Shown: positions 1 through 13,700 of the stretch, one piece after another | Numbering within the stretch: the stretch's first letter is position 1 | Layout of the letters: each line of letters begins with the position of its first letter | Assembly (NCBI GenBank): GCA_003344405.1 | Contig: NOWV01000023.1 | Coordinates: 682,001 to 746,000 of the forward strand | Direction: 5' to 3' | Length of the DNA: 64,000 nt | Source of the DNA: Trichoplax sp. H2 | Taxonomy: Eukaryota | Made by a program: the position numbers and the translations under genes | The notes under the pieces: generated by a model | Told to the model about the DNA's origin: nothing | Database searches by the model: none | Seen by the model: the letters and a program-made list of their open reading frames with translations, nothing else

Positions 1-216
1 AGCTGCCATCGATAAATCTGAGATAGCAGTAGATGAACTCGCACTTTCTACCAGAGTACTCAGTACAGAAATTTGTAATAAAGACCCATAGAGGTAAGAA
101 ACAACCTCTATGTACTGTATTGTATGGTAGATAGTAGAGACCATACTGTAGACTTGCAAGAAGAATACCTGGAGTGAAACTCTTTTTGGACGGACAGACA
201 TTTGACCTATTGTCAT
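1..216 (-). CDS. Possible 5' exons of an unidentified minus-strand gene running off the left edge
   Basis: Putative exon 216-169 (MTIGQMSVRPKRVSLQ|gtattc) followed by an open frame from ~105 to 1 (VVSYLYGSLLQISVLSTLVESASSSTAISDLSMAA). It is divergent from the TBC gene across an ACAGT array. No recognisable homology. Confidence 0.25.
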   Translation of the reverse strand, partial: MTIGQMSVRPKRVSLQVFFLQVYSMVSTIYHTIQYIEVVSYLYGSLLQISVLSTLVESASSSTAISDLSMAA

Positions 217-519
217 CTGGTCAACATATTGTATTCAACACTTGATTATTATAACCACTTGTAAAGAGTGCTTTAGTAAGGAGATAGTCGATTCTAAATT
301 GGCTCATTTTTTCTAAATTAAGTAATTCTACATTGCATTCCATTGCCTGTTGCTAAGCTCTGCTTGAAGTTAGTAACCTTAGATCATCAATGTTATCCAA
401 ATCAATACGAGTGATTTAGAAAACAGTCATGGAAGATCCATACTGAGTACAGTAGCTATTTTTCGACCTCATCTGGTAAGGGAAGTCCGTCCATCCGAGA
501 AGTGTGATGTGCTGTTAAG

Positions 520-1530
520 TGTACAGTACAGTACAGTGTACGGTACACAGACTAGACACCCTCTGTAAGGGTCTCTATCGTACAGTACGCTAGAGCCTCT
601 TTAAAGAGAGACATGACAATCTGTTGTTATAATAGACGACAACTGTCCTCTCTAGAGACCCTTAAGTTAATGTACACTTGTACAGACAAGCGAAAGGAAA
701 CCTGGATAGTTCCAACCAGTGCTCCGTACAATCCTATTGTTGGCTCCAACCAGAGGCTAATATCAGCACTGAAAACTAAAAAAAGAAGTTGCGTAGTCCT
801 AGTCCGTACACTCACCTAAATGAGTACAGTACTGGCTGCTTGCAGTACTGACAGAGTACAGTACAGCTGTACAGTACAGTACTGAACTGACTGAGTACCG
901 TACTGACTGAAATTTCACTTAATAATGTACCTGTACTGTACACTGTATACTGTACAGTACTGTAGAGTCAAATTATTTTAAGTAGAGTTTAACGTATAAA
1001 TTGATATTTTTACAATTTTTATTACGATATTTGAATTTTGAATTATCTAGGCTATCAATTGATACCAAATTTGTCTAATTTTATCCTGAAATTATGTTTC
1101 CATATTATTTCAATCAGACGGAATTTTTTGGAGTGTCTTCTTTTAGTACTGTACAGTGTACAGTAGTCCATGACAGACTGCTGTACTGTACTGTGTACTG
1201 TGTACAGTGTACAGTGTACAGTACGTACTGTAAGTACTGTACTGTACTGTAGTGTACTGTAAGTACTGTACTGTACTGTACTGTACTGTAGGGTGAAGTT
1301 TAAATTCTACAGTACTATGTCTTGCTTTCCCGACCGTTGCTCCAAATGAGCTGGCGGACCATTTAAAAAATAAAAAATATAAATAAAATAATTAATTATA
1401 CAGTATGTACTGTACAGTGTACAGTGCGTATAGTAATATCGTTAAGGTACATTGATTGTATGTTATAGTTATAATTTACATTAGTATATTCAAAATCGAT
1501 TTCCCTTGGTGTACAAGTACAGTATACTGT
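520..1530. repeat. ACAGT/ACTGT (TACAG)n degenerate pentamer arrays upstream of the TBC gene
   Basis: Runs such as gtacagtacagtacagtgta (521-540), 824-965 and gtactgtactgtactgtactgtactgta (1266-1290). Confidence 0.9.
566..664. mobile_element. Candidate ~99-bp MITE-like element
   Basis: Perfect 12-bp inverted repeat TAAGGGTCTCTA (566-577) / TAGAGACCCTTA (653-664) around a non-coding interior. Confidence 0.3.
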
Positions 1531-1685
1531 GTATTAGTGACTGACGACTGTATTCGTTATTTTTTAGATGTTGAGATATCAATGTTGCCCAGCTGTTCAA
1601 TTTCATAAGTAATTTTACAAGTGCAGACCTTGGATACCGCTGAAATTAACATCAAAAGGAGCTAAATCTTGGCTTTTATTTAATC

Positions 1686-4600
1686 ATGCAATTTGATCGA
1701 TTTGGATTTGCTATTTATGGAAATACGGAAGAATCGCAGGACGACATTCGATATCATGATTATGAGTTAGTGAAAGAAAGATGAATGACGAATGCATTAT
1801 AAATATCTTCAACTCTTAACTTGCATAAAAGTATATTAATTTTCAAGATTAACTCGATTATGCCAATTAGTACCGCTGTAGGATAATGTTTAGGCCTGAT
1901 AAGGTTAGATGTATACGGGCACAAGTATTAATTACAGTAAATGGGATAGACAAAAAAAGAATTGCCATCGGCCGTACCATATCTCATGCAGTATGCAATG
2001 TCAGGATGCATAGATACATGGATACGTTCAAAACGAATTGTATAGTTATTGATTAATTCGACTTCCGATAGAAGCAATAGTAAAGCTTAAGATCGAGTTT
2101 ACAATAATCATATTGTTACCGTCGATGTAATGAAGACGGATAGTGATGATAACTTTCAAAGATAAGTGGCTATAGAAATCCGTTCCTATCCCTACCTCAT
2201 CAGATGAAGTAGTCTACTACTTTCTAACAATTGCATCCATTTCTTAACTTTACCACAGAAATGATAATTACTTGTATAAACTTGTTGGCTGTGTGGTAAT
2301 ATATAAGGTTATGCTATAAACTTTTCAGAATTAGATATACGTATTAACCAATTGCATCAATTTTATTAGTGAAGGAAGCGTTGATTCCAATTTTTTAACA
2401 ACACAACGTGTTTGGGAGAAAATAGTCAACAATTGGGAAAAATATACTAATGGATCTCCTAATAAAGTCAGTACCAAACAATCGATATCGCTGGTTATTA
2501 GAGACGTGCTTTCTAACCTATAATAAAATTGAGTAAAGTGACATTGGATATCAGTAGATGCTTATTAATGATTATCATATCTTACAGCTGAGGACGCATA
2601 TTAAGCGTGGTATTCCAGATACATATCGATCAACCGTTTGGCAATTACTACTGGGCAGTAATTTCCTGATGTGTAATTCGGACTTCGATTATCAAGTTTG
2701 TAATTGATGACTTCTATAATTGATTAGATTGCATTTTTATGTACAGCATATGTTGATTTGAATCCTTCAATTATTTTGCTTGCATTCATACGATATTGAT
2801 AGGAAATGGTGAAAATGGTTTATCACGACTTAGTTGATGTAAATATTAGTGAGTATTGCATCGATCATGCAATTATTACCCTATCCAAATATGAATGTAA
2901 GTTAACATATACTGGCCAGCTTGAACCATCATAACCTCTAAACCACAATTATTAAATCTAATGTACAAGTGACTATCGTTTCAGGCTCGTCTTCTATAGA
3001 ATCTTCGAATATGACGGCGAAAACTGCAGCTCGCATTTCCATCATGAGACAAATTATGGTGGATATAGGTAATTGTGAATACCATCCGTGCTGAATTATT
3101 TAAGGGCATTGCATTCAGTGATTGTCATACCTTGCAAACTGTAAATTAAAATTTAAATAATCCTTATCTTGGTACATAGGACGTTCGTTTCCTACCCATC
3201 GAAAATTTATGGGTGATCTAGCTGAAGGCAAGGAAGGAAGAGCTCAGTTATTTAGACTTCTAATGGTCTACGCATTGTACAATCCTTCTATCGGTTACTG
3301 CCAAGGTAGTAATATAAAATTCAAGGCATTAAATTTGGGGCAAAATTTTAGATAGAATCTTGACTGAAATGTAATGTACTAGTTTTATATTTGATATTCA
3401 TTGTGTATGAACATTATCTAGGTATGGCATTTATCGCCGGTATGTTGCTAATGCACATGAACGAAGAGGTAGTGAATGTGAATGGATAAATGATTATCCT
3501 GTTAAAATCTTGCTATGATTCCAGATAATTTAGGCTAACTTTATTTTATTGAGGATGCTTTTTGGTCAATGGTGTCGTTATTTGAAAAATCGAAATATCT
3601 TAGAGGATATTTTGATAAATCTCTATCGCGGTATGCTCAACTATCATTTGCATTTAGTGATATACTATTCGAGTGACAATGTGTCATTAAAAGCCATATT
3701 AGAAGCTCTTGAAGAAGTTTTTGAACCATAACGTAATATTTAACTAATTAAATCATTTGAACAGGATTCACCGAAATGCGGAAGTCTTTTGGCGTATTCT
3801 TGAACAAAAAATGCCTAAACTATGGCATCATCTTGTATGAAACATAATTTTATGTCTGATAGAATTGTAGCTTAATTATTTATCATTTTATGAATTTAAC
3901 TCGTTTTTTTATAGGACGATATGAAAATTCACCCTCTTATGTTTATAACTCAATGGTTTATGACTCTTTATACTAGCCTTCCATGCTGGGATACTGTATT
4001 ATGCATTTGGGATATGACACTTTTTGAAGGTAACTACAACGATGCAGACTAATGTGCAAGTACTTTGCATAAAATAGATTCTGTATTGTTTGATCTATGC
4101 TTTATCATTAAATTTATTAGGAACAAATAATTAATTCTTCATACATTAATGCTTGTACATTTTTTAGGAACTTCGACTTTATTTCGTATTGCAATTACCA
4201 TTATGATGCAGTTAGAAGGTATTCCACGATAACTCGTTCTAAAGAATCAGCGTCATTGTTGACGCTCCAGTATTGATTGCATGATTACCTTAGTATTACA
4301 ACGTTTCTCAGTTTCAGAAATGAAAGGATTTCACCTTAATAAATCTTCTGTTTATTTAAAGTTGACGCTATTTTATAGCTTGTAAATAGTACTACACAAA
4401 TTGGTGTTGCTCAATGTGTTTTCTAATTTGAACACAGACGAATTACTCGGAGCCACAAATTTAACTGATCTAATGCCATGTATTCTGAAAATTTCACCAA
4501 AAATGTAAGTTATTCACGTTCACATTCTTAACTGCCAATTCCATATTACTCATTTATGAATATATTTGGTAATAGCGTTAAAAAATCAAAGTTTATACCG

Positions 4601-6065
4601 GCTGTGCGGAAGACCGTTCTCCCTGAATGGGAAATTGAAGCTGTGCAAGCAATTATCCATGAAGATAAAGCAGATGAAGGTATGCCACCAATCGTATTTT
4701 GTTCGTCATAAGTTAACAACATTATTTTAATCCAATTAATTTCAATTATGTAGTAGCGAAAAGGAAAAGGTTGGAACCAGAATTAGATGAGTTAGGTAGC
4801 AGGGACAAGCGCAGTCGGATAGACGAAACCCAAGCTGTTGTTACAAGTAAGAAATAAAGAAATTTATTAGTCTAAATTATTTCTCGTTCCATGATATAAT
4901 AACGTGATAGTGTAGTTATTATCGTGCAATTAACATAATTTAATATCTGGTATCATGCTATTATTAGGCGATAATCAAGTATCAGAGTCGAGTTTGCTTC
5001 AGAAGCTTGCAGGTATAATATCAGGAACTAAAGAAATAAAGAAGCATAAGGCGAGGAGAACTTCTCAAATCACCCCGAAAAGAAGACAAAATGATATCCG
5101 AAGGAGAAGGGCAAAACCTGTAATGATCGAAATGGTAAGATGATGTATTGTCCTTGAATAATTAATTATTCACTAAATAGGACAAGCTACTTCAATCGCT
5201 GTATACTTTAAACAAAAAATGAAAATTTACTCACGGTTTTATGACCATTAGAAAAACTTAGGAAACGTGAAAGTGGATAATTTAGCATCAAATGTATCGA
5301 TGCTGAACAATCCATTGTATAGTGATGCTAAGTCTCGGAGCATAAATAATCAAGAGAATACGTTCTCCTTCAGGAAAGAGCTCAATAATGACCAGTTATT
5401 CGTAAGTTATGCTCAGTCATTTTCAGTCAAATTTAAATTTTCTAAATAATCGAAATTTAATAAGACTGTGATATTGTATTTAAAAATAAATACGGAAGCC
5501 TAACGCAAGTGCAGTAAAACCTGCAATTGGAAGGTAAGGATAGTATATTATTGCAATTGCAAGTTACTTCAAAATTTGGCGATATGTGATAAGTTATTTT
5601 AATTCTTTAAAGTACGGCTAGAGATAAGCTATCATTCAAAATTTTCAACACTCCTACTCCTTCGAGGCTAACACAAGTAAGTGACATTACTGAATCATAT
5701 TGCAATGAGGACAACATTCTGACGAATGGTCAACTCAAGTTAAGATGTTCATATTAATCACTAGTCCAGTACCTTGATACTATTTGCAAAGATAGACATT
5801 AGGGAAAACGCTTTATAAAGTGCTACAGTATAGTTAACTTTACTGATCATGACATGGAGATAGAATTGAACGATCTTAATATGTGTTTTACATGCTATTT
5901 CACCCTAACATTAATACACTTACTCATTTCTGATTTTAAATAAAGAAAACTGCTAGAAATGATTGGTTCTGTAGTTCAGCAATTACTAATTCACCAGACG
6001 TTGAAATGAGCGACTTCAACAAGCAAATTGTGCGATTGAAGCTTGAACTTGAGAATGTAGACTAA
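1686..6065 (+). CDS. TBC-domain Rab GTPase-activating protein (TBC1D10/USP6NL/EVI5-like group), multi-exon
   Basis: Spliced translation MQFDRFGF...VWEKIVNNWEKY...LRTHIKRGIPDTYRSTVWQLLLG...RQIMVDIGRSFPTH (Arg finger IxxDxxR)...YALYNPSIGYCQGMAFIAGMLL (Gln finger YxQ)...DAFWSMVSLF...MFITQWFMTLYTSLPCWDTVLCIWD. Basic low-complexity C-terminus ending LKLELENVD*. GT-AG phases are consistent where checked; the C-terminal exons are less certain. Confidence 0.9.
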
Positions 6066-7201
6066 TGTAATCGGTTAATTAAATGCTAATATTCTAGCGT
6101 AGATGTATACTTATAGCGATTTCTACTTAATACAAAATGTGGCGGTTAGAAGAGTTCCTGTCGTATCACTGCATTGCAGACAAAATCTGACATGTTGCAG
6201 GACTCGAGCTGTTCTATTTACTTATGACTTAGCCCGGAATTTTACCTTGCTGATATACAACAAAAATTTCAGCTAAAAAGTGTGTTGGATTTTATTTTGT
6301 TAGGCAGAGTTTGACGTCAATGTCTTGTAATCCTACAGTCATTGAGGTGCTTGTATCCCAATATATAATATTCTTAAATCTTAAATGCTTAGATTTTATA
6401 CCTATTTCTTTATGAATTTTTAATGTAAGACATAATGAACGAAGTTCATGCTGTAGATCAGCTTCATAAATAGCAATTGGTTGTGAACTTAAAAATTTCG
6501 TTGCGTACATAATATATAATATCATTACATTCTAAAAATAAAATGAACGCATGTATTCTTTAGTGATAACTTTCAGATAAGGTTTCTTTACTGTGGAATT
6601 CCTAATTCAACGATAAATTGATTGAAATTGAAGTATGGCGTTATCAAGCGATATAATGTATCACAAAGTAATTGACGTCTGCAGTATACGAGCTCATAAC
6701 AGGATTCAAATTCTCAGTATCATCGAAATCTAGTCAACTGTTTCGGATGAGCTTATTTGATCATGAACACTACATCATCTGCTCAATGTAACTTTCGCAT
6801 AAATTTTAATAAGACACTGAAGTTAGAGTTAAATTTATGCTAAATAAAGATAAGATTAGCTACAACATAGAAAAACAGATCTTGAAAGGTGAACTCACCC
6901 TAACTAAAACTAGGTGATTCGATCATGCATTTTGTCATCCTGCATTAAGCTAATTGTTATCTCGTGAATTGACTAATTAATGAATGAGCCAAAGTATTGA
7001 CCGGTCTATTACATCATTTATCAACAATTTCATGTATCATGCTATGCTTATTTTAAAGTCACAAATCTTTTAGAATAAATTCAAATTCTGCATTACGGTG
7101 TATTTCATAGACACCAGCCATACCACTACCAAAAATAGCGTACCTTATGCATGCGTATCGTATTATGTTGACACAGGTAGTAATCGCATATTGACTGATC
7201 C

Positions 7202-7215
7202 GTTTCCATGGCAAC
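7202..7215. promoter_or_regulatory. RFX X-box motif
   Basis: GTTTCCATGGCAAC matches the palindromic X-box consensus GTTNCCATGGNAAC. It lies 22 nt before a splice donor (cag|gtagt, 7238) that pairs with an acceptor at 7722-7723 just ahead of the ATG at 7742. Confidence 0.75.
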
Positions 7216-7741
7216 ATAGAGTCTTACTCAATCGCAGGTAGTTTCTACCTTACAACAGTCATTTATCAGATATTAATATAATTTATAATTATTCTTACGC
7301 TTGATTCATCGGATGAGTTAGCTTTTAAAACAACCAAATTCGAGAAAGCTCGAAAGCTTTATTAACCAAAAAGTACATTTAGTTTGCATAATAGGATTGC
7401 ACTTCTATATTTTATAAAATTATCTGTTCATGATGAGCATAAAAATTTCATGATTTTTATGAGGTTTACGTAAAGACCATACTATAAACACACCATAAGG
7501 TAAGCTGTAAGTGTAACCTTCCTACCATCACAGAATTTACGATAGTTGTTATGTGAATAGCGTTTTACTTATGGTTACATAAATTTTAAGAGCTCTACGA
7601 GTAGTAATCCTAGAATATATCGTCAAATTGCACTAATATTATTTAAGAGACAGAGAGTATTATTATCATTATCATTGCATAACGTGAATAATTTGAAAAT
7701 TAGATAATAAAGAATTGTTTCAGGAAGTACATGTTGTAGCC

Positions 7742-10700
7742 ATGTCTGTTTTACGCTGCCGTTTAAATGGATTCTCGGCGTGGATTAATGTTCGATTACA
7801 GCCTTATGAGCACCAAATCAATAATGCCTTAACTGATCTTATGAAAGGAACTAATCTACACACATTTCTATTAAGTATGTAGTAATGTACTAATTACAGC
7901 TGTGCTAGAGATTATTTGGAGCAATAATTATAATTAAATCTCATCAATCGTAGCTCTTACTTTGCAGCTTTTTCGATTGTATATTTCAATAACTGTTTTT
8001 TATCATAAATATACAAAGACTGATTCCTGAAATTCAATTACTTGATAGGTTTAACTGGTCGTAAGCCACGCAAAATCAAATCTTTCGAAAAGTATGCACA
8101 GTAGTATTTTAAAACTGGCTTACTATAGAATACTGATCTTCTTAATTTTATCTAGCCATCAGTGAAAAGGGATAGCAGCTGTTGTTACATTATATATATA
8201 AGTCTAATTTAGATCATTTCAGTTCATTTCACTAACGACCAAAAGCATCAAATCCGGCTACTTTCATAAATTGGATTATAGAAATATTTACAAGAAGTTT
8301 AAGTCTACTTTATAATATAATTGTTAAGTAATGATATTAGAGAAAACGAGAACTTTCAGATGGGTCCGTATGCGAGTTAGTTATTAAAGTTATTACTGTT
8401 TAAATCTAATATATGAATTTAATTTGGCAATCATAACTATAATTAGTCACGAACTAATACAGCTCATTACAGGCTAGACATAATTATGACTTCAAGAATT
8501 ATAGTAAATTTTACCGTCCATTTTCAGTTTAATTAATGGCTCAGTGTAAAAATCTACTAATATTACAAGATATGTATGATAACTCTAGAAGAATTACAGT
8601 CAGTGTATCTAATGAATATGTTTAAAATTATTGGTAGACTAACAAAGTATCAAAAGGAAACTAGAATAGAATGGCTAATGGAAGAGCTTCTTCTCTTGTA
8701 TGTATAAAATAAGAATGGAAGATAAATGCTTTTTTAGCTACAACTATCGCATTATTTACGAGTATATTTATTCTATAGCGAAATTGTGCCGGATGACACA
8801 GTCGTTGATTGTAACTTATTTGTCCGCAAGAGCGCTGAGCAGGTAGAAATCATTCGATATATAACTTTACTTTGTTGCAGAAAAAATTTAAATGAATTAT
8901 AATTGGTAAAAGTTAAACTATCGTTTCATATTTTATTGACTTAAAATATACAGAAGCTTCATTTTTTGCCATGACTAAATCAAATCACGACATCAAATAA
9001 AACATAATTATTTAATTAATTTACTAGATTTTCGATTTGCTATGGATGATTGTTAGCCAAGACATTTGGTTTCTATGGCAGCAAATGGATTTTTTACGCT
9101 CTAATGATCCGAGAAAGTTAACGGTGACTCCACTATCGGTAGGACTATACCATTATAAACATTTTCTTACTTAAATTGCAAATACTTCCTCAAGGTTTTA
9201 AGCAGTTATTAGAAATTGAGCCTAGTTCATTTTTTTTTAACAATAGTGGACACCTCCGGAACCCCCTCCACCGAGGCCACAATCTGCTCGAAAAATTTCA
9301 TTACTACAAGGATTTCGCTCTGCAGCATTCATAACGGAAGGAGAAGTTAAAGAATTCAACCCCGTTAGTCTGATACAATTACATTACAAATCTATAGCCT
9401 TAAACTATCCTACTGACCTTTGATAACTAATTTATAAAATAAATAGTTGAATAAGAGACTTAATTATAGAAATGTAGTTCGGAGATTGTATTTGCAAATA
9501 AGCATATTACAGCAAAACCTTACTGGAATTGAAAAGATTTCTTTTAAATTTTTTGCGCCTATCTAGAAAGATCTCAAAGATGAAGAGTGCGACAGGTATG
9601 TATGCCCGTAATGAATTTCTGTCTAAAGCTTATTAATTCCGATGCTCATACTTTTAAAATATTAGCTTTTTCTTGATTGAGTACGAAATCATAAATATCA
9701 ACTTTTTGATTTACTGTACTGTATGTTATTGTAACTGAATAATCGAGATAACTGTGGAATTTGATTTTTATTCAAATTATTGAATGCTTTTGTAAAGGCT
9801 TAGACTATCTAGAAGGAAAGGAAACAGGTAAAAATTGCAATCTTTTATGCAAAAATTTAGCTCATGACGTACTATAGATCATGCTACCGATCATAAATTA
9901 ACTTAAAGTACGAAATAAAGCAGAATCTCACTTCTGGTGGGCTGTCTTTGCTTAAAGATGCTTTAAATAAAATAAGTAAAGATTAAAAGAGTCGACAGAA
10001 GTTGTATTGTTATAAGTACTAAGTGCAGCTTTGTATCTACGTCTTAATTTAAACAGAGACGAATACCCGTTTCCTGAAGAATGTGTCATTGATCTTATAA
10101 ATAATCAACTAAAAGTAAGCTACGAATGGTTAATTTTAAGTTAACATAAATTATCGAAATAGTAATTAGCAATGAAACAGTATGAATTATTAAGATAAAT
10201 AGGCACAAATTATGATAATTGACAGCTAATTTAACTACTTTGAGGGTAATTGATTATCATTAACCACTGACTTGTTTATTGTTTTAAAAATATTCGTAGT
10301 TAACAAGGGAAGGCAAAAAATTAAAAATAGAAGTAAGTTTAGTGAAGTAAGCATTGAAATATATTCGAATTATTATCAGAGATAATATTTTCTTCCCTTG
10401 TATAATTGTAGGCATTGAATGAGTTAGCAGATGGAAGGTAATGTAAAATTAACGTTCATTTAGCTGAAATATCATAATCTTACGCTAACGAAATTGTGTA
10501 TCTTAATGTACTGGTTATATATAGGATACTATGTGCTTTGGTCAATTCTTTTGTACCCGGGACTTTCACAACTGAGGTTTTGCTTAACGATAGGTATGAC
10601 TAGCCCATATGAATTTTATGCAAAACAATCTACATTCTGAAATAGCTTGTCATTTTATTAAAGCTTAATAATTTAGTTTTCTTCTGTGAATAAAGGTGGT

Positions 10701-13700
10701 CTATGAACTTAGCTATTAAAACGGCAGGAGATATGTTTGATGGTTCTCATCCAATTCATTCCGGCGATCTTGTAGAGGTAATATCTGAAGGAGTCTTCAC
10801 AACATGTTAGTCCTAAATTTGTCATTATTTGTGATAAATTAATTTTCTTTGAAATAATTTTAGGCTGATAGTGTGGGTTTATGCGCATTTTGGGCATCAT
10901 TCTTCATGCTTGGTTATAAATATCGGCAAAGCATGGCAGCTCTACAGACAAGAGTTAGTAGTCGTTTGAATTAATTAAGTAGTGACCACTCAGGTTCTAG
11001 TTCATTACTAGATCTCTTTTTCGCGATTGAGTTTTAAATAGTATTAATATCTTAAACTAAATATCATGCAAAAAGTTCACTCATAATTTACATGATTAAG
11101 TTAAGCGAAAGTCGTACTCATTTCTTAGTTATGCAGATGTAATATTTGATGTTTAGTTATTAAGATGAAATTAAAATAGAAGAAAATAATTTTAAGGGTT
11201 TAACCCTAGACAAAACTTAAAAGCCTAGCTATACGTAAAATAACCGCAAAAAGGACTGTTTTGAATCTATTCTTATCAATTTTTTTACACTAGAAAAATT
11301 TACATTTGAAGTGCTTAGAATTGAAATCAGAATTTGATCAATTTCCAGCGGTTGTTTCTTCAATGGCTCATCTACAGAGGTGAAATTAGCTATAAATTTT
11401 AAAAAGCAACAAAACGTTTCTTTAACTTTGCTATACCATGTTTAATAATACTACGTAAATGTAACGAATAAACTCATGGTGAAAAATAATTTTTATCCAG
11501 GCGAACACAAATTGTTAGTAACTTACGGGAATTGGAAGAAGGTAAGCAGAATCGAAGAATTGAATCTAGTTTAACCTACTGCAATGTTACATATAGCTTG
11601 ATTTCTTGTCTGCCTCCTAGAAATTGCCACAATAGAAACTAATTATGATTTAGAGATGTGTGAGAAGTGGAAAGAGAGAGTGGAAAGAGTTCAGAGTGAG
11701 GTACGTAACATAATACGTGCATATCATAATTTATTCATTTAAACGATCGAAATAGCCAGTGCTTGATTCGTGAGAGACTGAAAGTTTGCAGAATATATAT
11801 ATAAACCACTACAGCTAAACAGTTAACCACAGAAAAAAATCTTCATGCTTATTTGATTCATGTACTTTTAATTACGTTTCTGAATACAGATGTACTGTTT
11901 ATTGCAATTGCTTTTTCCTTTAATTCTGGCAATACGAATGATTATTGTTATATTTCCATAGACTCGACATATCGTGGCAAGTAAAATAAGGGATCGCTTC
12001 GACGTAATTGAATTAGATCGGTAATTATAATATATTCATAAATAATTACTTATTTATGGCAATCAGTATAATACTCTATATAAGAACTATTGATAGCTTA
12101 AAAATGTAAATCCGAATTACAACTACGGGTATCTTTTTTGAATGAAATCAGGAATATCACGATAAATGACTTGAGCGCTTCCTTGATGATCAATTTGGTA
12201 AGGCAAAAAGTTTTTAAGATGCTTACCTTATCTGTAATTCTATCTATTTAGATATTATATCATTTAATGTATCATCAATATCGAATGATTTAACGTAAAT
12301 ATATTCTTAGGAATAAATCTATTATCCCTACTTCGCTTGATTTATACAAATTTTCATACGCATACGTCATGCTCTAATTTATCGACTTTAATATATATCT
12401 TCAATTAGCAATTAACCAATGGAACAGGATATTATTCTAGCAGTACTCGTGAAACCGTTTGGAACGGTCGTAGAATGATTTTAAAGGATAAGAAATCAGG
12501 TGAGGATATAGGCAAATAGGAAATTATTATATGTTATCCACGTCCTTATTATTTTGCCAAGTTAAATTGATGAATAGTCTCGTCTATTGTCTAACATTTT
12601 TTTCAAAATATCTTGCTATAATTTAAAGTTTTCGTATATCTCCTATTTTAAATAATAATAATTACCGTAGCTTTTATATCTATTTGATAGATTCATTCTT
12701 ATTACATTTTTGTTAACGACTACTTTATAACAGGGCATTTTTATGATGATTTTACTACACGACGAAAAAATCATTGTAAGTTTATTAAACAACCGGAAAG
12801 TCTGCAGAAAATAAGACGATATTATTATGTTGATACCTAGATACTGTAGATTGATCAACTATTAGTAAATCAATACAGCCATCTATATTAATTATTTGCA
12901 ATAAACTAATCACTACTTTAGCCGATGTTCGTTCTATTCTCGGTTTGGATCCTTACGAAGTTGTGGAGATTTCACCTAATGATGCCAGTAATTATGAAGT
13001 AAGAGATTATCGATCCTATAATGTGATTAAAACTCTGCTAGTTTCATTTAGATTCTCTCAAATTAGTTCGTATTTCCTTACGTTGCATGTTACTATCAGC
13101 TTATAGTCACACCATGTTAAGGCATTTTTTACGTTGTTAATCTAGGTTTACTTTGAAAGTCCATCAAGAAATAAAATGCTTAAAGTTGGAACTAAATTTG
13201 TGTATCAAGTCTTTCCAGGTAACACCTTAATATGTGAACGATTGTACCACAGAGCAGCAAAAATGGGTGAATTAGATACCATCAAGAAATTGGTAAAGTA
13301 TTTGCTATAGCAATCATAAACCCGAATATATAGTCAGGATACTTTACTTTCTCACTTTTTTATTATTTATCTTTCTCTATTAAAGCATTTATATATCAAA
13401 TATGCTTAAATATTTAGTTCATACTTTATAAATTACTATCTTTTTTATAATTTTCAGGTCATATTCTTTAAGAAGGCCGAATCATTTGTGAACTCAAGAG
13501 AAAAACGAAGTGGGAATACTGCTTTACATTTAGCTTGTAAACACGGCCATAAGGTGACTTACTTCTAGCACTTGATTTATAATCTTGCTATAGGCCTATT
13601 CTTAAAGTAGCTTTTAAACATCGATAATTGATAAAATTTAATCAAGTGTTGATAGTCTGAGAATATTTGTATTGTAATAGTAACTGATTGAGTATAGTTA

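Noticed and set aside
2140..2270. Possible intronic C/D snoRNA in TBC intron 1 (GTGATGA box C-like)
   Set aside because: No matching CTGA D box or terminal stem at a suitable distance.
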